64,000 nucleotides of DNA from Octopus bimaculoides (Eukaryota), in assembly GCF_001194135.2 (NCBI RefSeq), contig NC_068986.1, forward strand, positions 111,818,450-111,882,449, written 5' to 3'. Below the pieces are notes generated by a model that was not told the DNA's origin, ran no database searches, and saw only the letters and a program-made list of their open reading frames with translations. Each line of letters opens with the position of its first letter. The first letter of the stretch is position 1. The position numbers and the translations under genes were made by a program. Positions 1 through 13,190 of this stretch are shown piece by piece.

Positions 1-257
1 AACGGGAATACTAAAAATGAACTCCACCCCTCTCAAAACTTAATAAAAAAAAAACAGAAAAAAATATCCAGAACCCATGTCCAGTTCCAGATCGATCCCA
101 AAATTTACTCAGTTCGTGCCAGTCACAGGGCCAAACAACCCTGAAAATTTCAGCCCAATCCATCAAGTGGTTCTTGAGATATCTTGTCCACGGACAAAGA
201 ATAAAACAAACACGACTGAAAACAATAGCTCCGCCTTCGCTACTGCAGAGGTAATAA
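1..257 (+). mobile_element. 3' part of a Helentron-associated non-autonomous element (HINE/DINE-1-like)
   Basis: Contains aaaatttcagcccaatccatcaagtggttcttgagatatc and ends in the stem-loop ctccgc-cttcgctact-gcagag followed by gtaataa. This recalls DINE-1/HINE-type ends. Family assignment is from memory, not a search. Confidence 0.55.
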
Positions 258-914
258 GTTGGAATTCGAACGCACACTCACTGATGATTTGATGCCTGTA
301 AGTACTTAATGATATAAGGCTTATTTTAACTGCCATGGAAATAATGATATTGATAGATTTGTAATTTCAGAACGAAGAAACATACATATATAATTTACAG
401 TAATTTGTTTTTGAGTGTCTATTGAAAATTTCGTTCCACGAATAAATATTTAATAAATGGCTTTTCCTTATCAACCAAGTGTGCAAAATTTCTTTCTCTT
501 ACTGTTCGTTCAATAGAGACAAGATCGTTTAGTTTTAGTTGTTCAACTGATAATTATTTATGAAATCTCTTCAAACGAATATTGGAACTCCGAAAAGTTA
601 GTCTAAAGAAATATATGTATGTAAGTCAGTTTCACTATTGTCTTTCACCTTATATACAGGCAGTTATTAACTCGTTCCGCAGGCAATTGATATCGTATAG
701 TTAGGTAAAACTATATTTCTTTCAATTCAATTAATTTGCTGCATCTTTCTTCCAAACCAGAGAGCTGGAAGCAATTACATCAAACTAGAGACTAGTTCTA
801 TACTCAACAAATGTAACCTATCTGTTGTCCACTTTCCTCGTAAAAGTAATTATAATAATGACAAAAGTAATAGCAACAGCAAAATTAATATTTCAAACTG
901 AGACAAGGCAAGAG

Positions 915-1103
915 GGAGGGTCATGGGATTAGTCAATTAAATCGAACCCAGTATTTGAATGGTATTTTATTTCATCTATTTCGAAAGGAAGAGAGGATAG
1001 ATTCACCTCAGCAGGATTTCAACCCTGAATATAAAGGGCCGGCAGAAAGCGGCTAAGCATATTGTCAGACCCTTTTTAACGGTTCTTCCAAAATACTGCC
1101 TAA
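915..1103 (-). mobile_element. degenerate copy of tRNA-derived SINE family A
   Basis: Aligns by eye with the reverse complement of the cleaner copies at 13191 and 27661 (gattagtcaattaaatcgaacccagt...cgaaaggaagagaggatagattcacctcagcaggatttcaaccctgaa...gctaagcat). Confidence 0.55.
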
Positions 1104-1991
1104 ANNNNNNNNNNNNNNNNNNNNNNNNNNNNNNNNNNNNNNNNNNNNNNNNNNNNNNNNNNNNNNNNNNNNNNNNNNNNNNNNNNNNNNNNNNNNNNNN
1201 NNNNNNNNNNNNNNNNNNNNNNNNNNNNNNNNNNNNNNNNNNNNNNNNNNNNNNNNNNNNNNNNNNNNNNNNNNNNNNNNNNNNNNNNNNNNNNNNNNNN
1301 NNNNNNNNNNNNNNNNNNNNNNNNNNNNNNNNNNNNNNNNNNNNNNNNNNNNNNNNNNNNNNNNNNNNNNNNNNNNNNNNNNNNNNNNNNNNNNNNNNNN
1401 NNNNNNNNNNNNNNNNNNNNNNNNNNNNNNNNNNNNNNNNNNNNNNNNNNNNNNNNNNNNNNNNNNNNNNNNNNNNNNNNNNNNNNNNNNNNNNNNNNNN
1501 NNNNNNNNNNNNNNNNNNNNNNNNNNNNNNNNNNNNNNNNNNNNNNNNNNNNNNNNNNNNNNNNNNNNNNNNNNNNNNNNNNNNNNNNNNNNNNNNNNNN
1601 NNNNNNNNNNNNNNNNNNNNNNNNNNNNNNNNNNNNNNNNNNNNNNNNNNNNNNNNNNNNNNNNNNNNNNNNNNNNNNNNNNNNNNNNNNNNNNNNNNNN
1701 NNNNNNNNNNNNNNNNNNNNNNNNNNNNNNNNNNNNNNNNNNNNNNNNNNNNNNNNNNNNNNNNNNNNNNNNNNNNNNNNNNNNNNNNNNNNNNNNNNNN
1801 NNNNNNNNNNNNNNNNNNNNNNNNNNNNNNNNNNNNNNNNNNATACACATGGACATATATAAATACCCACACAGGAATATATGTATGTACACATATACAC
1901 TCACATGCGAACAATCAAACACACACACACGAACACAAACAAACAAACGCACACATACACGAACACACACACACACATACACACACACACA

Positions 1992-2022
<31 letters not shown>

Positions 2023-2683
2023 CCAAAGAATAAGAGAGTAGAATAAAATATTAGCGAATATTTATTTCCGTGAATGTTTACAGCCAATAATTACAGATTG
2101 CAATTGATACGAAAGATGTAGCTGATGGTCGGATAGATATTTTAGTAAATCACTCTCAATATTTGAAAATCAGCCAAATATCAACTTGCTAATTTATAGC
2201 AAAAAATAACAAACAACAAAAATTGAGGGAATCCTAGCTTCTGTTTACAAGGCGGGATATTTATTCGTTTTGATAGAAAATATAGCAAATAATGGTGAAA
2301 ATAGATAAGTCTGTCTGGAATATCACAAGAGAATCTTCTGCTTAATAAAGAGAAGTAGTGGGAAGAAATATCCATTCATGGTGGGAGGAAGATAGAGTAT
2401 GCATCGTCCACATATCTCGATATAAGATCATGTTACGCGGCAAGAGCGGCAAGGAAAGGCAAACGTTAAAATGGTATTTGCGGATTGCTGCGTTAGGATA
2501 TCTATTACAGAACAAAACGAAACAAAATGGAAGCCGACGCGTGGAGATAGTGTCTAATTTTGTAGCAGCACTAAGTTGAGTGCTCATAAATACTAATTTA
2601 CTTGGCTCTGAATTTGATTAGCTAGAATCAAAAATAATTTTGGCGCAACAACAACGAACACGTGACCTCAACGTTTTACTGAC

Positions 2684-2798
2684 CTAAAGCGTATCAGCTG
2701 AATTTCAATATCACGCATAACTAGATATTTTTTAACGCAGTCTTCTTTCTTCTCCTGTTCCAATGATTGGCGAATTAAGTGCATATATTCCTGGAAAT
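2684..2798 (-). CDS. candidate internal coding exon of an unidentified gene
   Basis: Minus strand tacatttccag|AT...TTTAG|gtcagt, 115 bp, open in phase 1 to phase 2: xFQEYMHLIRQSLEQEKKEDCVKKYLVMRDIEIQLIRFR. No family recognised. Confidence 0.4.
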
Positions 2799-3469
2799 CT
2801 GGAAATGTAGATACATACACACATAATACGTATGTANNNNNNNNNNNNNNNNNNNNNNNNNNNNNNNNNNNNNNNNNNNNNNNNNNNNNNNNNNNNNNNN
2901 NNNNNNNNNNNNNNNNNNNNNNNNNNNNNNNNNNNNNNNNNNNNNNNNNNNNNNNNNNNNNNNNNNNNNNNNNNNNNNNNNNNNNNNNNNNNNNNNNNNN
3001 NNNNNNNNNNNNNNNNNNNNNNNNNNNNNNNNNNNNNNNNNNNNNNNNNNNNNNNNNNNNNNNNNNNNNNNNNNNNNNNNNNNNNNNNNNNNNNNNNNNN
3101 NNNNNNNNNNNNNNNNNNNNNNNNNNNNNNNNNNNNNNNNNNNNNNNNNNNNNNNNNNNNNNNNNNNNNNNNNNNNNNNNNNNNNNNNNNNNNNNNNNNN
3201 NNNNNNNNNNNNNNNNNNNNNNNNNNNNNNNNNNNNNNNNNNNNNNNNNNNNNNNNNNNNNNNNNNNNNNNNNNNNNNNNNNNNNNNNNNNNNNNNNNNN
3301 NNNNNNNNNNNNNNNNNNNNNNNNNNNNNNNNNNNNNNNNNNNNNNNNNNNNNNNNNNNNNNNNNNNNNNNNNNNNNNNNNNNNNNNNNNNNNNNNNNNN
3401 NNNNNNNNNNNNNNNNNNNNNNNNNNNNNNNNNNNNNNNNNNNNNNNNNNNNNNNNNNNNNNNNNNNNN

Positions 3470-3518
<49 letters not shown>

Positions 3519-3671
3519 CATACATATAGATATATGCATACATATATACACATATATATACACATATATATACACATATATATACATACATACATATATA
3601 TGCATATATATACATACATATATACACACATATATATATACACATTATATAGATATATATACATATATATA

Positions 3672-3703
<32 letters not shown>

Positions 3704-3709
3704 GAAACG

Positions 3710-3752
<43 letters not shown>

Positions 3753-4039
3753 GTATATATATATATTGAGAGTGAAATAGGATGAGTGTGACGGCGAAAG
3801 AGAACTGATAAATGTAAAATTTTAAGCATAAACACATACTGTATGATAAGCGACAGTATAAATATGAAGATATCTATTCAGAAACACGCATTCCCATAAA
3901 ATCACATGACTAATTTGATAATACAGACTTTGTGATGTATGAGGCATAGATAGAAGTATCAAATCGATTGATAATCGCAAGCTATTCCATCCCACGTGCA
4001 CATATACACGCACACTACGGCGGGTAAACGCACATATAA

Positions 4040-4152
4040 CTATCTGTATATCCATGTATCTATCTATCTGTCTGTCTGTCTGTCTGTGTATTTATCTATC
4101 TATATGTCTGTCTATCTATCTATCTATCTATCGTTCTATCTATGTATATGTC

Positions 4153-4183
<31 letters not shown>

Positions 4184-4400
4184 CTATCTATATATCTATC
4201 AATCAATCAATCTGTCTTTCTATTTATTTGTTTATCTGTCTATCTGTTTATCTATTTGTTTATCTATCTATCTGTCTATATATTTCTCTATCTATATATC
4301 TCCAGTCTATCTATTTCCTGTCTATGTCTGTTCGTCTAACTATCTATTTCTTTATCTCTCTGTCTCTATCTGAGACTGTGCGCGTGTGTATATATATATA
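4040..4400. repeat. degenerate (TCTA/TCTG)n tetranucleotide microsatellite
   Basis: Directly visible; produces the YLSIYLS-type ORFs. Confidence 0.95.
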
Positions 4401-4418
4401 TATATATTTAAATATATG

Positions 4419-5366
4419 ACATAAATAATATGTAATTATATGCATATATCCATACATATATCTACATACCGACATCTATATGCATACATACGTGCATATA
4501 TGGGTACAGGACATCACAAAAAGCGTTAAAAAGAATGAGAAACGAAAACATAAAGACGAAGACAGAAAACGAGACATGCAACATAAATAATATCTCCCTT
4601 CTTCAGTTGTCCCTGTTTCATCTACTTCGCATTTCGAAGGCAAGGACAATACGCAACTTCGTTGGAGCAGTCCTTCCCGCAAGCAAATTAATTAAAATTT
4701 GGAAATTTTTGCGGAGGGTGAAAGTGTAAACAAGATCAGGACAGTGAGAACAAGACAGTAAAAACAAGACAGAACAGTGAAAACAAACGGTAAGGGCTGT
4801 TAGGCCGAGACGATACAAAAAATATTTTGAACGTTAGTTAGAGAGTGAAAAAAAATTGCGTCTTCTCTATAGGAAGACAGGAAATAGAAAGAAAGAATTC
4901 CTTTCGTCACGTGTCAGCGACGATAGGGTCAAGGAGGAGGAGTGAGAGAGGGAACGGTGAAAGGAAGAGAAGAATCGTGGAAGGTTGGGAGAGAAAAACA
5001 TAAAAAAATGAAGAACAAGACAGGGAGAGAGATATAGACAGGAAAGTGAGAGCAACAGTAGTAGAAAGCGCAGTAGAAAATATAAGATAAAACTTACTTG
5101 GAGGCAATGCGTGGCGTTTGATCATATAAAAACATAAATAATATATAATTATATGCATATATTCATACATATATGTACATACCGACATCTATATGTATAC
5201 ATACACGCATATATGGGTGCAGGACATCACAGAAAACGTTAAACACAACGAGAAACGAAAACATAAAGACGAAGACAGAAAACGACATGCAACATAAGGA
5301 AAATATTACCCTTGTTCAGTTGTCCCTGCTCCATCAACTCCGCATTTCGAAGGCAAGGACAATACG
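4419..5366. repeat. diverged ~235 bp direct repeat pair (4419-4653 and 5132-5366) around a ~480 bp purine-rich spacer
   Basis: Both copies run from acataaataata through ggacatcaca and gaaaacataaagacgaagacagaaaacga to cgcatttcgaaggcaaggacaatacg, with scattered substitutions. Confidence 0.9.
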
Positions 5367-5367
5367 T

Positions 5368-6190
5368 GACACATGCTGTTCATACTGGAAAACTTCAAGT
5401 TCTGCGCTGGAAGCGCACAAAACTAAACGAAATGCAGACAGGATACACTAGCCCAGGAGGAATTGCAAACCTTGATTTAAAATAAGTGCCTGACCTGAGG
5501 TGTATGTTACTATTTTGAAAATAAAATGCAGTCGGGTAGCTCGATAGCTGACAGAAAAAGAAACAATGACGGTCCTTTGGAAAACATTTCGCCAGCCGCT
5601 TGGACAACTGCTCCCAAATATGGTCTCAACACAATTTTAACGGTGAAACTCGAACCAATACAACGAAACTACACAATGAAAAAGGTCTCAATGCAACGTA
5701 TCAGCTAATGAGAAAGGTTGAAAAAGTTAAAACTCTTCTCCTTAGAAAGAAGGCGGGTAAGATATGCTGTGATATATATCTGGAAAATGCTGTAAGAACT
5801 TGTAACAAATATTGGCATTGCAAATTACACATACAACAGAACGGGGCGCAGCTACATATCTCACATCACCATCAAAATACAGGAAGAAATACTGCGACTG
5901 TATGGTTTTCAAGGTCCCACAGCTCTTCAATGTACCACCAAAATGCCTGAGAGACCTGCATGTTGTGAATGTACGTGTCTTCAAAACAAAAAAATGACCA
6001 TCTCCTCTCAAGGATTCTACATAAGCCTACCTCCAGGCAGGAAACGCAGAGGAGAGCAATAGCATCAAACTCTATCTTTCACCAAATAACGCATATCAGA
6101 GGATTTTTCCAATAATGAAGATGTATCACAGTCCCTGGTAGTACCACAGCCTAACCAAAGCTTAAAGATAAAACACGTTAAAGAGTTAAA
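5368..6190 (+). mobile_element. 5'-truncated, decayed CR1/L2-group LINE 3' end (RT C-terminal region)
   Basis: Translated fragments ERLKKLKLFSLERRRVRYAVIYIWKML*ELVTN and PQLFNVPPKCLRDLHVVNVRVFKTK match the LYSLERRR..Y...WK and PQLFN.LP..LR motifs typical of CR1-group ORF2 C-termini. Frameshifts and stops present. Confidence 0.8.
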
Positions 6191-6267
6191 GTGTAAAAGA
6201 GTGTATATGTATGTGTATGTGTGTGCATGGTGTATGGTCTGTGCTTGTGCATGTTTGTGTACGTATT

Positions 6268-6269
<2 letters not shown>

Positions 6270-6363
<94 letters not shown>

Positions 6364-6372
6364 GAGAGAGAG
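6270..6372. repeat. compound (TA)n(GA)n microsatellite
   Basis: Directly visible. Confidence 0.95.
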
Positions 6373-6574
6373 GGCAAATGGCTAAAGTCAATTGCGTGTG
6401 AAATTAGGGTATTTCCAGAAAACCACTCAAGCTGAATATTGGGTTATCTACACTGTTGGTATCCAAGCCAAATTTGGAATACTTATGGTGTAGAAAAATC
6501 CCATTTTTCGCGATAATTATGTTACAGAATTTTCTTTGTCTTCTTCTTTTCATTGTCTATGAGTATGAGTATGT

Positions 6575-6603
6575 GTGTGTATGTATGTATGTATGTATGT
6601 ATG

Positions 6604-6649
<46 letters not shown>

Positions 6650-6760
6650 GAGAGAGGGAGAGAGAGAGAGAGAGAGAGAGAGTGATAGATAGAAAGAGAC
6701 ATAGAGAGATAGAGAAATCGAGAGATTGAGAGAGCGAGAGCGAGAGATAGATAGATATTG
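6575..6760. repeat. compound (TATG)n(TAGA)n(GA)n microsatellite
   Basis: Directly visible. Confidence 0.95.
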
Positions 6761-7759
6761 GCCACATAGGGCTGCACACAGAGGCGGCAAAATACAAATA
6801 GAGCTTTTCTCTTTGGGTAGGAAAGAAGAAACAATGGTGTAGAATTTCGACCAAGAGGAATCAGGGAAAAAAAAACTAATAAAAGGGGGAAGCCGATCAG
6901 TAGGGATCGTGTATCACAGAAATGTCATACTGTAAAATGGGAAACAAATTAGTTTTATCCTTGGAAAGAAAAGCCCACAGAAAAGACCACCGTAACCTCA
7001 GTAATAATGTCATGCAAAAAAAAAACATTACAGTGACTCGCTTTTTTCCATTCTTTTTCTGGTTTATAGGACTATGCTCAAGGTGGCTCCGTCATTCACA
7101 CGCGCCATCCTTGCTACATTCACCCATCGTTTTTGGAAATATTCACGAGACAAAACTTGCTCTCAACTCTTACCTTCCTCTTCAAGTGATACTTGAAGAA
7201 GTTGATGAGAGATTCACCAGAGTGGAAAGTGTTTGTCTAGACTTTTCAGACGCATCCACCATACACATTCTTTCGCCATAGCCACAAGTACGATGATATA
7301 TATAGATAGGTAGCTACATAGATATCTTTGATTGAATAGGAAAATGTTGATGTGAATACTTTTTGTCTTCGTAGCTCTTCATAAGATCAAATAATATCTC
7401 TGAGAGATTTGTAGCTGAACTTGTAAACATTAAAGGCTTATTGTTAGAAGGGTGAACCGGAAAATAATGTAAAGGAAAAGACGCTTTAGTTTCTGACTCA
7501 TCCATGTATTTACTTTTTAATAGGGGTTTAGAACAATGCAGAAGGTCGAGATTTCAATATGGATTCCTTATTTCGTTTCTTCATTCAGGATTTGTCATAG
7601 AGTGCAACACCACATTGTCCTTTACCGAACGTAATCGAGTTTATTCTGTTACATCTTCTCGTGCCGAGCCTATGGATTCTGGAATCCTACACCTTCTCTT
7701 AATTCCCTCAGAGATCAAATCATCGTTATGCATATGTTTGTGTCCTACCGAAAGTATAA

Positions 7760-7803
<44 letters not shown>

Positions 7804-8193
7804 NNNNNNNNNNNNNNNNNNNNNNNNNNNNNNNNNNNNNNNNNNNNNNNNNNNNNNNNNNNNNNNNNNNNNNNNNNNNNNNNNNNNNNNNNNNNNNNNN
7901 NNNNNNNNNNNNNNNNNNNNNNNNNNNNNNNNNNNNNNNNNNNNNNNNNNNNNNNNNNNNNNNNNNNNNNNNNNNNNNNNNNNNNNNNNNNNNNNNNNNN
8001 NNNNNNNNNNNNNNNNNNNNNNNNNNNNNNNNNNNNNNNNNNNNNNNNNNNNNNNNNNNNNNNNNNNNNNNNNNNNNNNNNNNNNNNNNNNNNNNNNNNN
8101 NNNNNNNNNNNNNNNNNNNNNNNNNNNNNNNNNNNNNNNNNNNNNNNNNNNNNNNNNNNNNNNNNNNNNNNNNNNNNNNNNNNNNNNNNNNNN

Positions 8194-8225
<32 letters not shown>

Positions 8226-8238
8226 TCTATTATTTTCG

Positions 8239-8945
8239 TTTATGTGTTTCAGCCAGGTGGCAACGGTCATGCTGGAGCACCACCATGATTTGTTCACTCG
8301 TTATTCGTGTACCCTCTCTACAATACTACCGTGGTTCCTCTCCTCCGACAGATGCGATCCCATCTAAACTGTCGATAGCCCATCTGCTGTATGAGGGAAT
8401 TTGACACTGTTCTCATCGATAGTGCTTCATATCGAGCCATTGGTTCGTTTGATATTGTGAATAAGAGATTGACCAGTTTCTTTTTGTAGACTTCCATATC
8501 TATACCGTGTAAGTTTCTCAATTAAGAGCAATGGTCCACTGAACCGTAGGCAATTGCAGTACCTGATTCTTATATTAGATGCATTGGACGATACTTTCGG
8601 TACTATTCACTAGCTGCCAGTACGACCATCCGTATAACATTTAATGTCAAAATTAGGTACTAGCCCTTCAAGTATTTTCCACATATAAATTATTACATAT
8701 CACTCACGTCTGCGCTGTAGGGAGTAGAGTCGTAGTTCTTTCAGCTTCTCTTAGCAGTTCGTCTGTTGGACTGTAGCAATCGATTTAGTGTAGTGACGCT
8801 GGATTATAGTGACGCTCCGTTGTTAGCTTGACACTGATGCTGACCACAGTTGAGATCAGTAATCTAGGCAGCTGAGGTCAAATGTCTTCCATAGAGTCAA
8901 CATGACTTCTTGATCTCTTGTCCTGAATGTCTTTAGTATCAAACA
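8239..8945 (-). mobile_element. decayed CR1/L2-group LINE 3' end including 3' tail; same family as 5368-6190
   Basis: Minus-strand translation gives LKTFRTRDQEVMLTLWKTF, LDY*SQLWS and EKLKELRLYSLQRRRE*YVIIYMWKILEGLVPNF. The 3' end reads ggtggtgctccagcatgaccg...ctgaaacacataaa. Confidence 0.85.
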
Positions 8946-9714
8946 CTTCATTTAGATAAATAAATTGAAATGAAAATCAAGAGATATATAAAACATTGGT
9001 GATGGGGGCGGTTGACGGCAGCACATACAAAGCTACAACAAAATGCGTTTTTGGTCCAAATCTTGCGAACCTCAGTATTGGTCTTTCTGATTTATAGATT
9101 CAGTGTTAATATATGATCTGGGTCTTGGAGTTCTTGACCGTTCCTAATATAAATAGTTCTTCTTCAAGTTATACGTAAGCAAATCTAGTGCTCTATCGTA
9201 GAATTAGTGAAGTTTATGCTATTGACAGTTTTCGAATTTGCATACCGTGTTTTGGAATAAATTTTTCCCATGATTTCCGTGGCTTCGGACATACTGGGAA
9301 AATAATATCATGGCAGATGAATTTCCTTCCCATTCTAAAAGTAAAACTGTAATTCGTGGATGAAAATAAATATGGGACTTGAGACACATTTACTCACGAA
9401 TATTCGGATCACTTTTCACAAAATGAATTATCTCCGAAATAATATAACATTATAATTTTGAATGTCTTGCTTGTTATAAGATTTTCTATCTATAGATGAC
9501 ATGAATCAACCAATAAACCAAGTTTACACTATTTTGGAAAATTAAAACTTGTGCAGCTTATTCTATTTTCAGTCTTGTATAATACAAGAAAAATCACATT
9601 GCAACGAATTGAAAGTAAATTTCCTCAATGAATGGCAGATGAATTAATAGTTTGCAAGCACCTGTCGCTTTCTATTAGAACCGGTGTTAATTAAATTCGT
9701 TTCTTCGTAATACA

Positions 9715-9740
9715 TACATACATACGTACACACACACTCA

Positions 9741-9817
<77 letters not shown>

Positions 9818-9860
9818 CCACACATAAAAATGTATGTATATATATACATATATATGTGTG
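9715..9860. repeat. compound (TACA)n(CA)n(TC)n(TA)n microsatellite
   Basis: Directly visible. Confidence 0.9.
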
Positions 9861-10096
9861 TGTGTATAAACCCGTCTACAAGTTTATGGGTGTGCGAGTG
9901 AAAGTGTGTGTGTACACGTGCATATGGTGTGTGAATATATATGATAGAATAAATGTAGGATGTCGTCTGTCTCTGGTTACTTATCCATTTCTCTCATCTC
10001 ATCCACCCTCTCTCGTAGAGCTGCTCTCAACATCTCTGTTATAGGTGCCACGTACATCCGTAGGTACAAACATAAACACATGCACTCACTCACACA

Positions 10097-10145
<49 letters not shown>

Positions 10146-11154
10146 NNNNNNNNNNNNNNNNNNNNNNNNNNNNNNNNNNNNNNNNNNNNNNNNNNNNNNN
10201 NNNNNNNNNNNNNNNNNNNNNNNNNNNNNNNNNNNNNNNNNNNNNNNNNNNNNNNNNNNNNNNNNNNNNNNNNNNNNNNNNNNNNNNNNNNNNNNNNNNN
10301 NNNNNNNNNNNNNNNNNNNNNNNNNNNNNNNNNNNNNNNNNNNNNNNNNNNNNNNNNNNNNNNNNNNNNNNNNNNNNNNNNNNNNNNNNNNNNNNNNNNN
10401 NNNNNNNNNNNNNNNNNNNNNNNNNNNNNNNNNNNNNNNNNNNNNNNNNNNNNNNNNNNNNNNNNNNNNNNNNNNNNNNNNNNNNNNNNNNNNNNNNNNN
10501 NNNNNNNNNNNNNNNNNNNNNNNNNNNNNNNNNNNNNNNNNNNNNNNNNNNNNNNNNNNNNNNNNNNNNNNNNNNNNNNNNNNNNNNNNNNNNNNNNNNN
10601 NNNNNNNNNNNNNNNNNNNNNNNNNNNNNNNNNNNNNNNNNNNNNNNNNNNNNNNNNNNNNNNNNNNATATATATATATATATATACACATACATACATA
10701 CACACACATACAGACACACACACAAATATTTATGCGAGTGATTGGAAATTGAAGAATTGTTTTGTTCTGTCTTCAATTATGACATGACCAAAAAAGTATT
10801 TCAAAAAGTCATAAGAATAAAGATCCAAAACGAGATGAAGACAAAATTGTTTCTAAAACACATGCATAACTCAAACAAAGAATTTTATGAATTTCTGAGA
10901 AGATAATTTATAAAGATGGATTATATGAAGAGCTGTATCTTATATAGCACATCGACAGTTTGAATAACATTGAGGAATAAAAGAGTATTTACGAAATACC
11001 AATACATAAAAGTTGGTCCAAGAATATCCGTCAGAAATAAAGTCGTGGTTAATGAAATAAATGAAGCAGAGAAGACGTCAGTGTAATTGAAATGATTTCT
11101 TCGAGATTCAGAAACGCAAAACTAAAAGAAGACGAATCTATAACAATAGTCACG

Positions 11155-11252
11155 AAACTAATAATAATGATATTGATAATGATGATGAGGATGATGATGA
11201 TGATGACTATAATGATAGTAATAGTTATTGTTGTAGTAACATAAACAATGGC

Positions 11253-11283
<31 letters not shown>

Positions 11284-11325
11284 GTATTAATAATGATGGT
11301 ATTAATAATGATAACAACAACAAGG
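11155..11325. repeat. (AAT/GAT/AAC)n trinucleotide tract
   Basis: Directly visible. Confidence 0.9.
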
Positions 11326-12285
11326 ACCAGACGAAGCCAAGATGAACAATATGAGCAAAATCAATTTGTAGTTGTCTTTTGTAACGGATTGTAATTTATG
11401 TTAGTCACAAACAGGATTCGTAACAATAGCGCATATTCTTACATACATACATACATATGTAAGTGTGTCTGTGTGTCTGTGTATGAATATATATATATAT
11501 ATATATANNNNNNNNNNNNNNNNNNNNNNNNNNNNNNNNNNNNNNNNNNNNNNNNNNNNNNNNNNNNNNNNNNNNNNNNNNNNNNNNNNNNNNNNNNNNN
11601 NNNNNNNNNNNNNNNNNNNNNNNNNNNNNNNNNNNNNNNNNNNNNNNNNNNNNNNNNNNNNNNNNNNNNNNNNNNNNNNNNNNNNNNNNNNNNNNNNNNN
11701 NNNNNNNNNNNNNNNNNNNNNNNNNNNNNNNNNNNNNNNNNNNNNNNNNNNNNNNNNNNNNNNNNNNNNNNNNNNNNNNNNNNNNNNNNNNNNNNNNNNN
11801 NNNNNNNNNNNNNNNNNNNNNNNNNNNNNNNNNNNNNNNNNNNNNNNNNNNNNNNNNNNNNNNNNNNNNNNNNNNNNNNNNNNNNNNNNNNNNNNNNNNN
11901 NNNNNNNNNNNNNNNNNNNNNNNNNNNNNNNNNNNNNNNNNNNNNNNNNNNNNNNNNNNNNNNNNNNNNNNNNNNNNNNNNNNNNNNNNNNNNNNNNNNN
12001 NNNNNNNNNNNNNNNNNNNNNNNNNNNNNNNNNNNNNNNNNNNNNNNNNNNNNNNNNNNNNNNNNNNNNNNNNNNNNNNNNNNNNNNNNNNNNNNNNNNN
12101 NNNNNNNNNNNNNNNNNNNNNNNNNNNNNNNNNNNNNNNNNNNNNNNNNNNNNNNNNNNNNNNNNNNNNNNNNNNNNNNNNNNNNNNNNNNNNNNNNNNN
12201 NNNNNNNNNNNNNNNNNNNNNNNNNNNNNNNNNNNNNNNNNNNNNNNNNNNNNNNNNNNNNNNNNNNNNNNNNNNNNNNNNNNNN

Positions 12286-12344
<59 letters not shown>

Positions 12345-13072
12345 ATACATATGTGTGTGTATACATACATATAACATTGCTTGCTAATTTATGTAAACGC
12401 TACATATTTTGCTTTTTGTCAGTAATCTTCGACTGTAAGACCGAGATCACCAAATGTATCCTTTCTCCATGTTCCGCTTGCGATATTCAGAAAATATTTA
12501 CCTCGGATGGGAATGTTATCATGCGTTTTGTGTAGGTCCCCACCGCCTGAGTCATTTCTGTCGATATCCATGGTATTGTATTGATATCTTTACTGATTTG
12601 GGAAAGAGTTCATATTTTATCGACTTATCTGCTGTTATGTCTGTGCGCCTTTGTGTGTAGTCCATTAATTCAAGTTTGTCCCTGTAAAAAAAAAAATGAA
12701 CATACAAATATTTAATTGTTGATGTTGCCGTTGTCTCTACTCCTTCATCGTTTTTTATTGTTTTTTTTTTCCATTTTAATTTTTGTTGCTCTCATCATTC
12801 TAAATCTGTCTTGTTCCTACCACTTGTTTTCCCAATCTTGCTCATGGTGATTGTGTTGGTGGTGATGGTGACTGTGTTGCTGCGGTTGTTGGTGTTGTTG
12901 TTGACTTGATTCTCCTTCGGTTTGTAGGGGTATTAATGTTGGTGTTGTTAGATCAACTGTTGTTGGTGGCCATTTTGTCGTTGTCCTCTCTAATGGATGT
13001 TTTCTGGAACCTGTTGCCGGACTCAAAGCTATTAGTGCTTTAACCTTTCCCACTACACATCAGACTAGTTAC

Positions 13073-13165
13073 TGGTGATGTTTGTCAGTGTTAGCAATGA
13101 CTCTATAGCACGAGCTGGCCTGGAATGGAATGTTGCGACTGTATGAGCTGACCGGAAGGCTGTAT
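13073..13165 (-). CDS. weak candidate exon (93 bp, symmetric)
   Basis: Minus strand tttatattaacag|ATACAGCC...CATCACCA|gtaact. Two frames are open: xTAFRSAHTVATFHSRPARAIESLLTLTNIT or YSLPVSSYSRNIPFQASSCYRVIANTDKHH. No homology recognised. Confidence 0.25.
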
Positions 13166-13190
13166 CTGTTAATATAAACTTTAGACGGAA

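Noticed and set aside
4560-4620. Minus-strand CTGAAGAAG in the direct repeat as a hammerhead
   Set aside because: No downstream GAAA core on the same strand.
6922-7281. RT-like phrase VESVCLDFSDA (cf. VD.IYLDF.KAF)
   Set aside because: A single short motif with no supporting flanking motifs; too weak to call.
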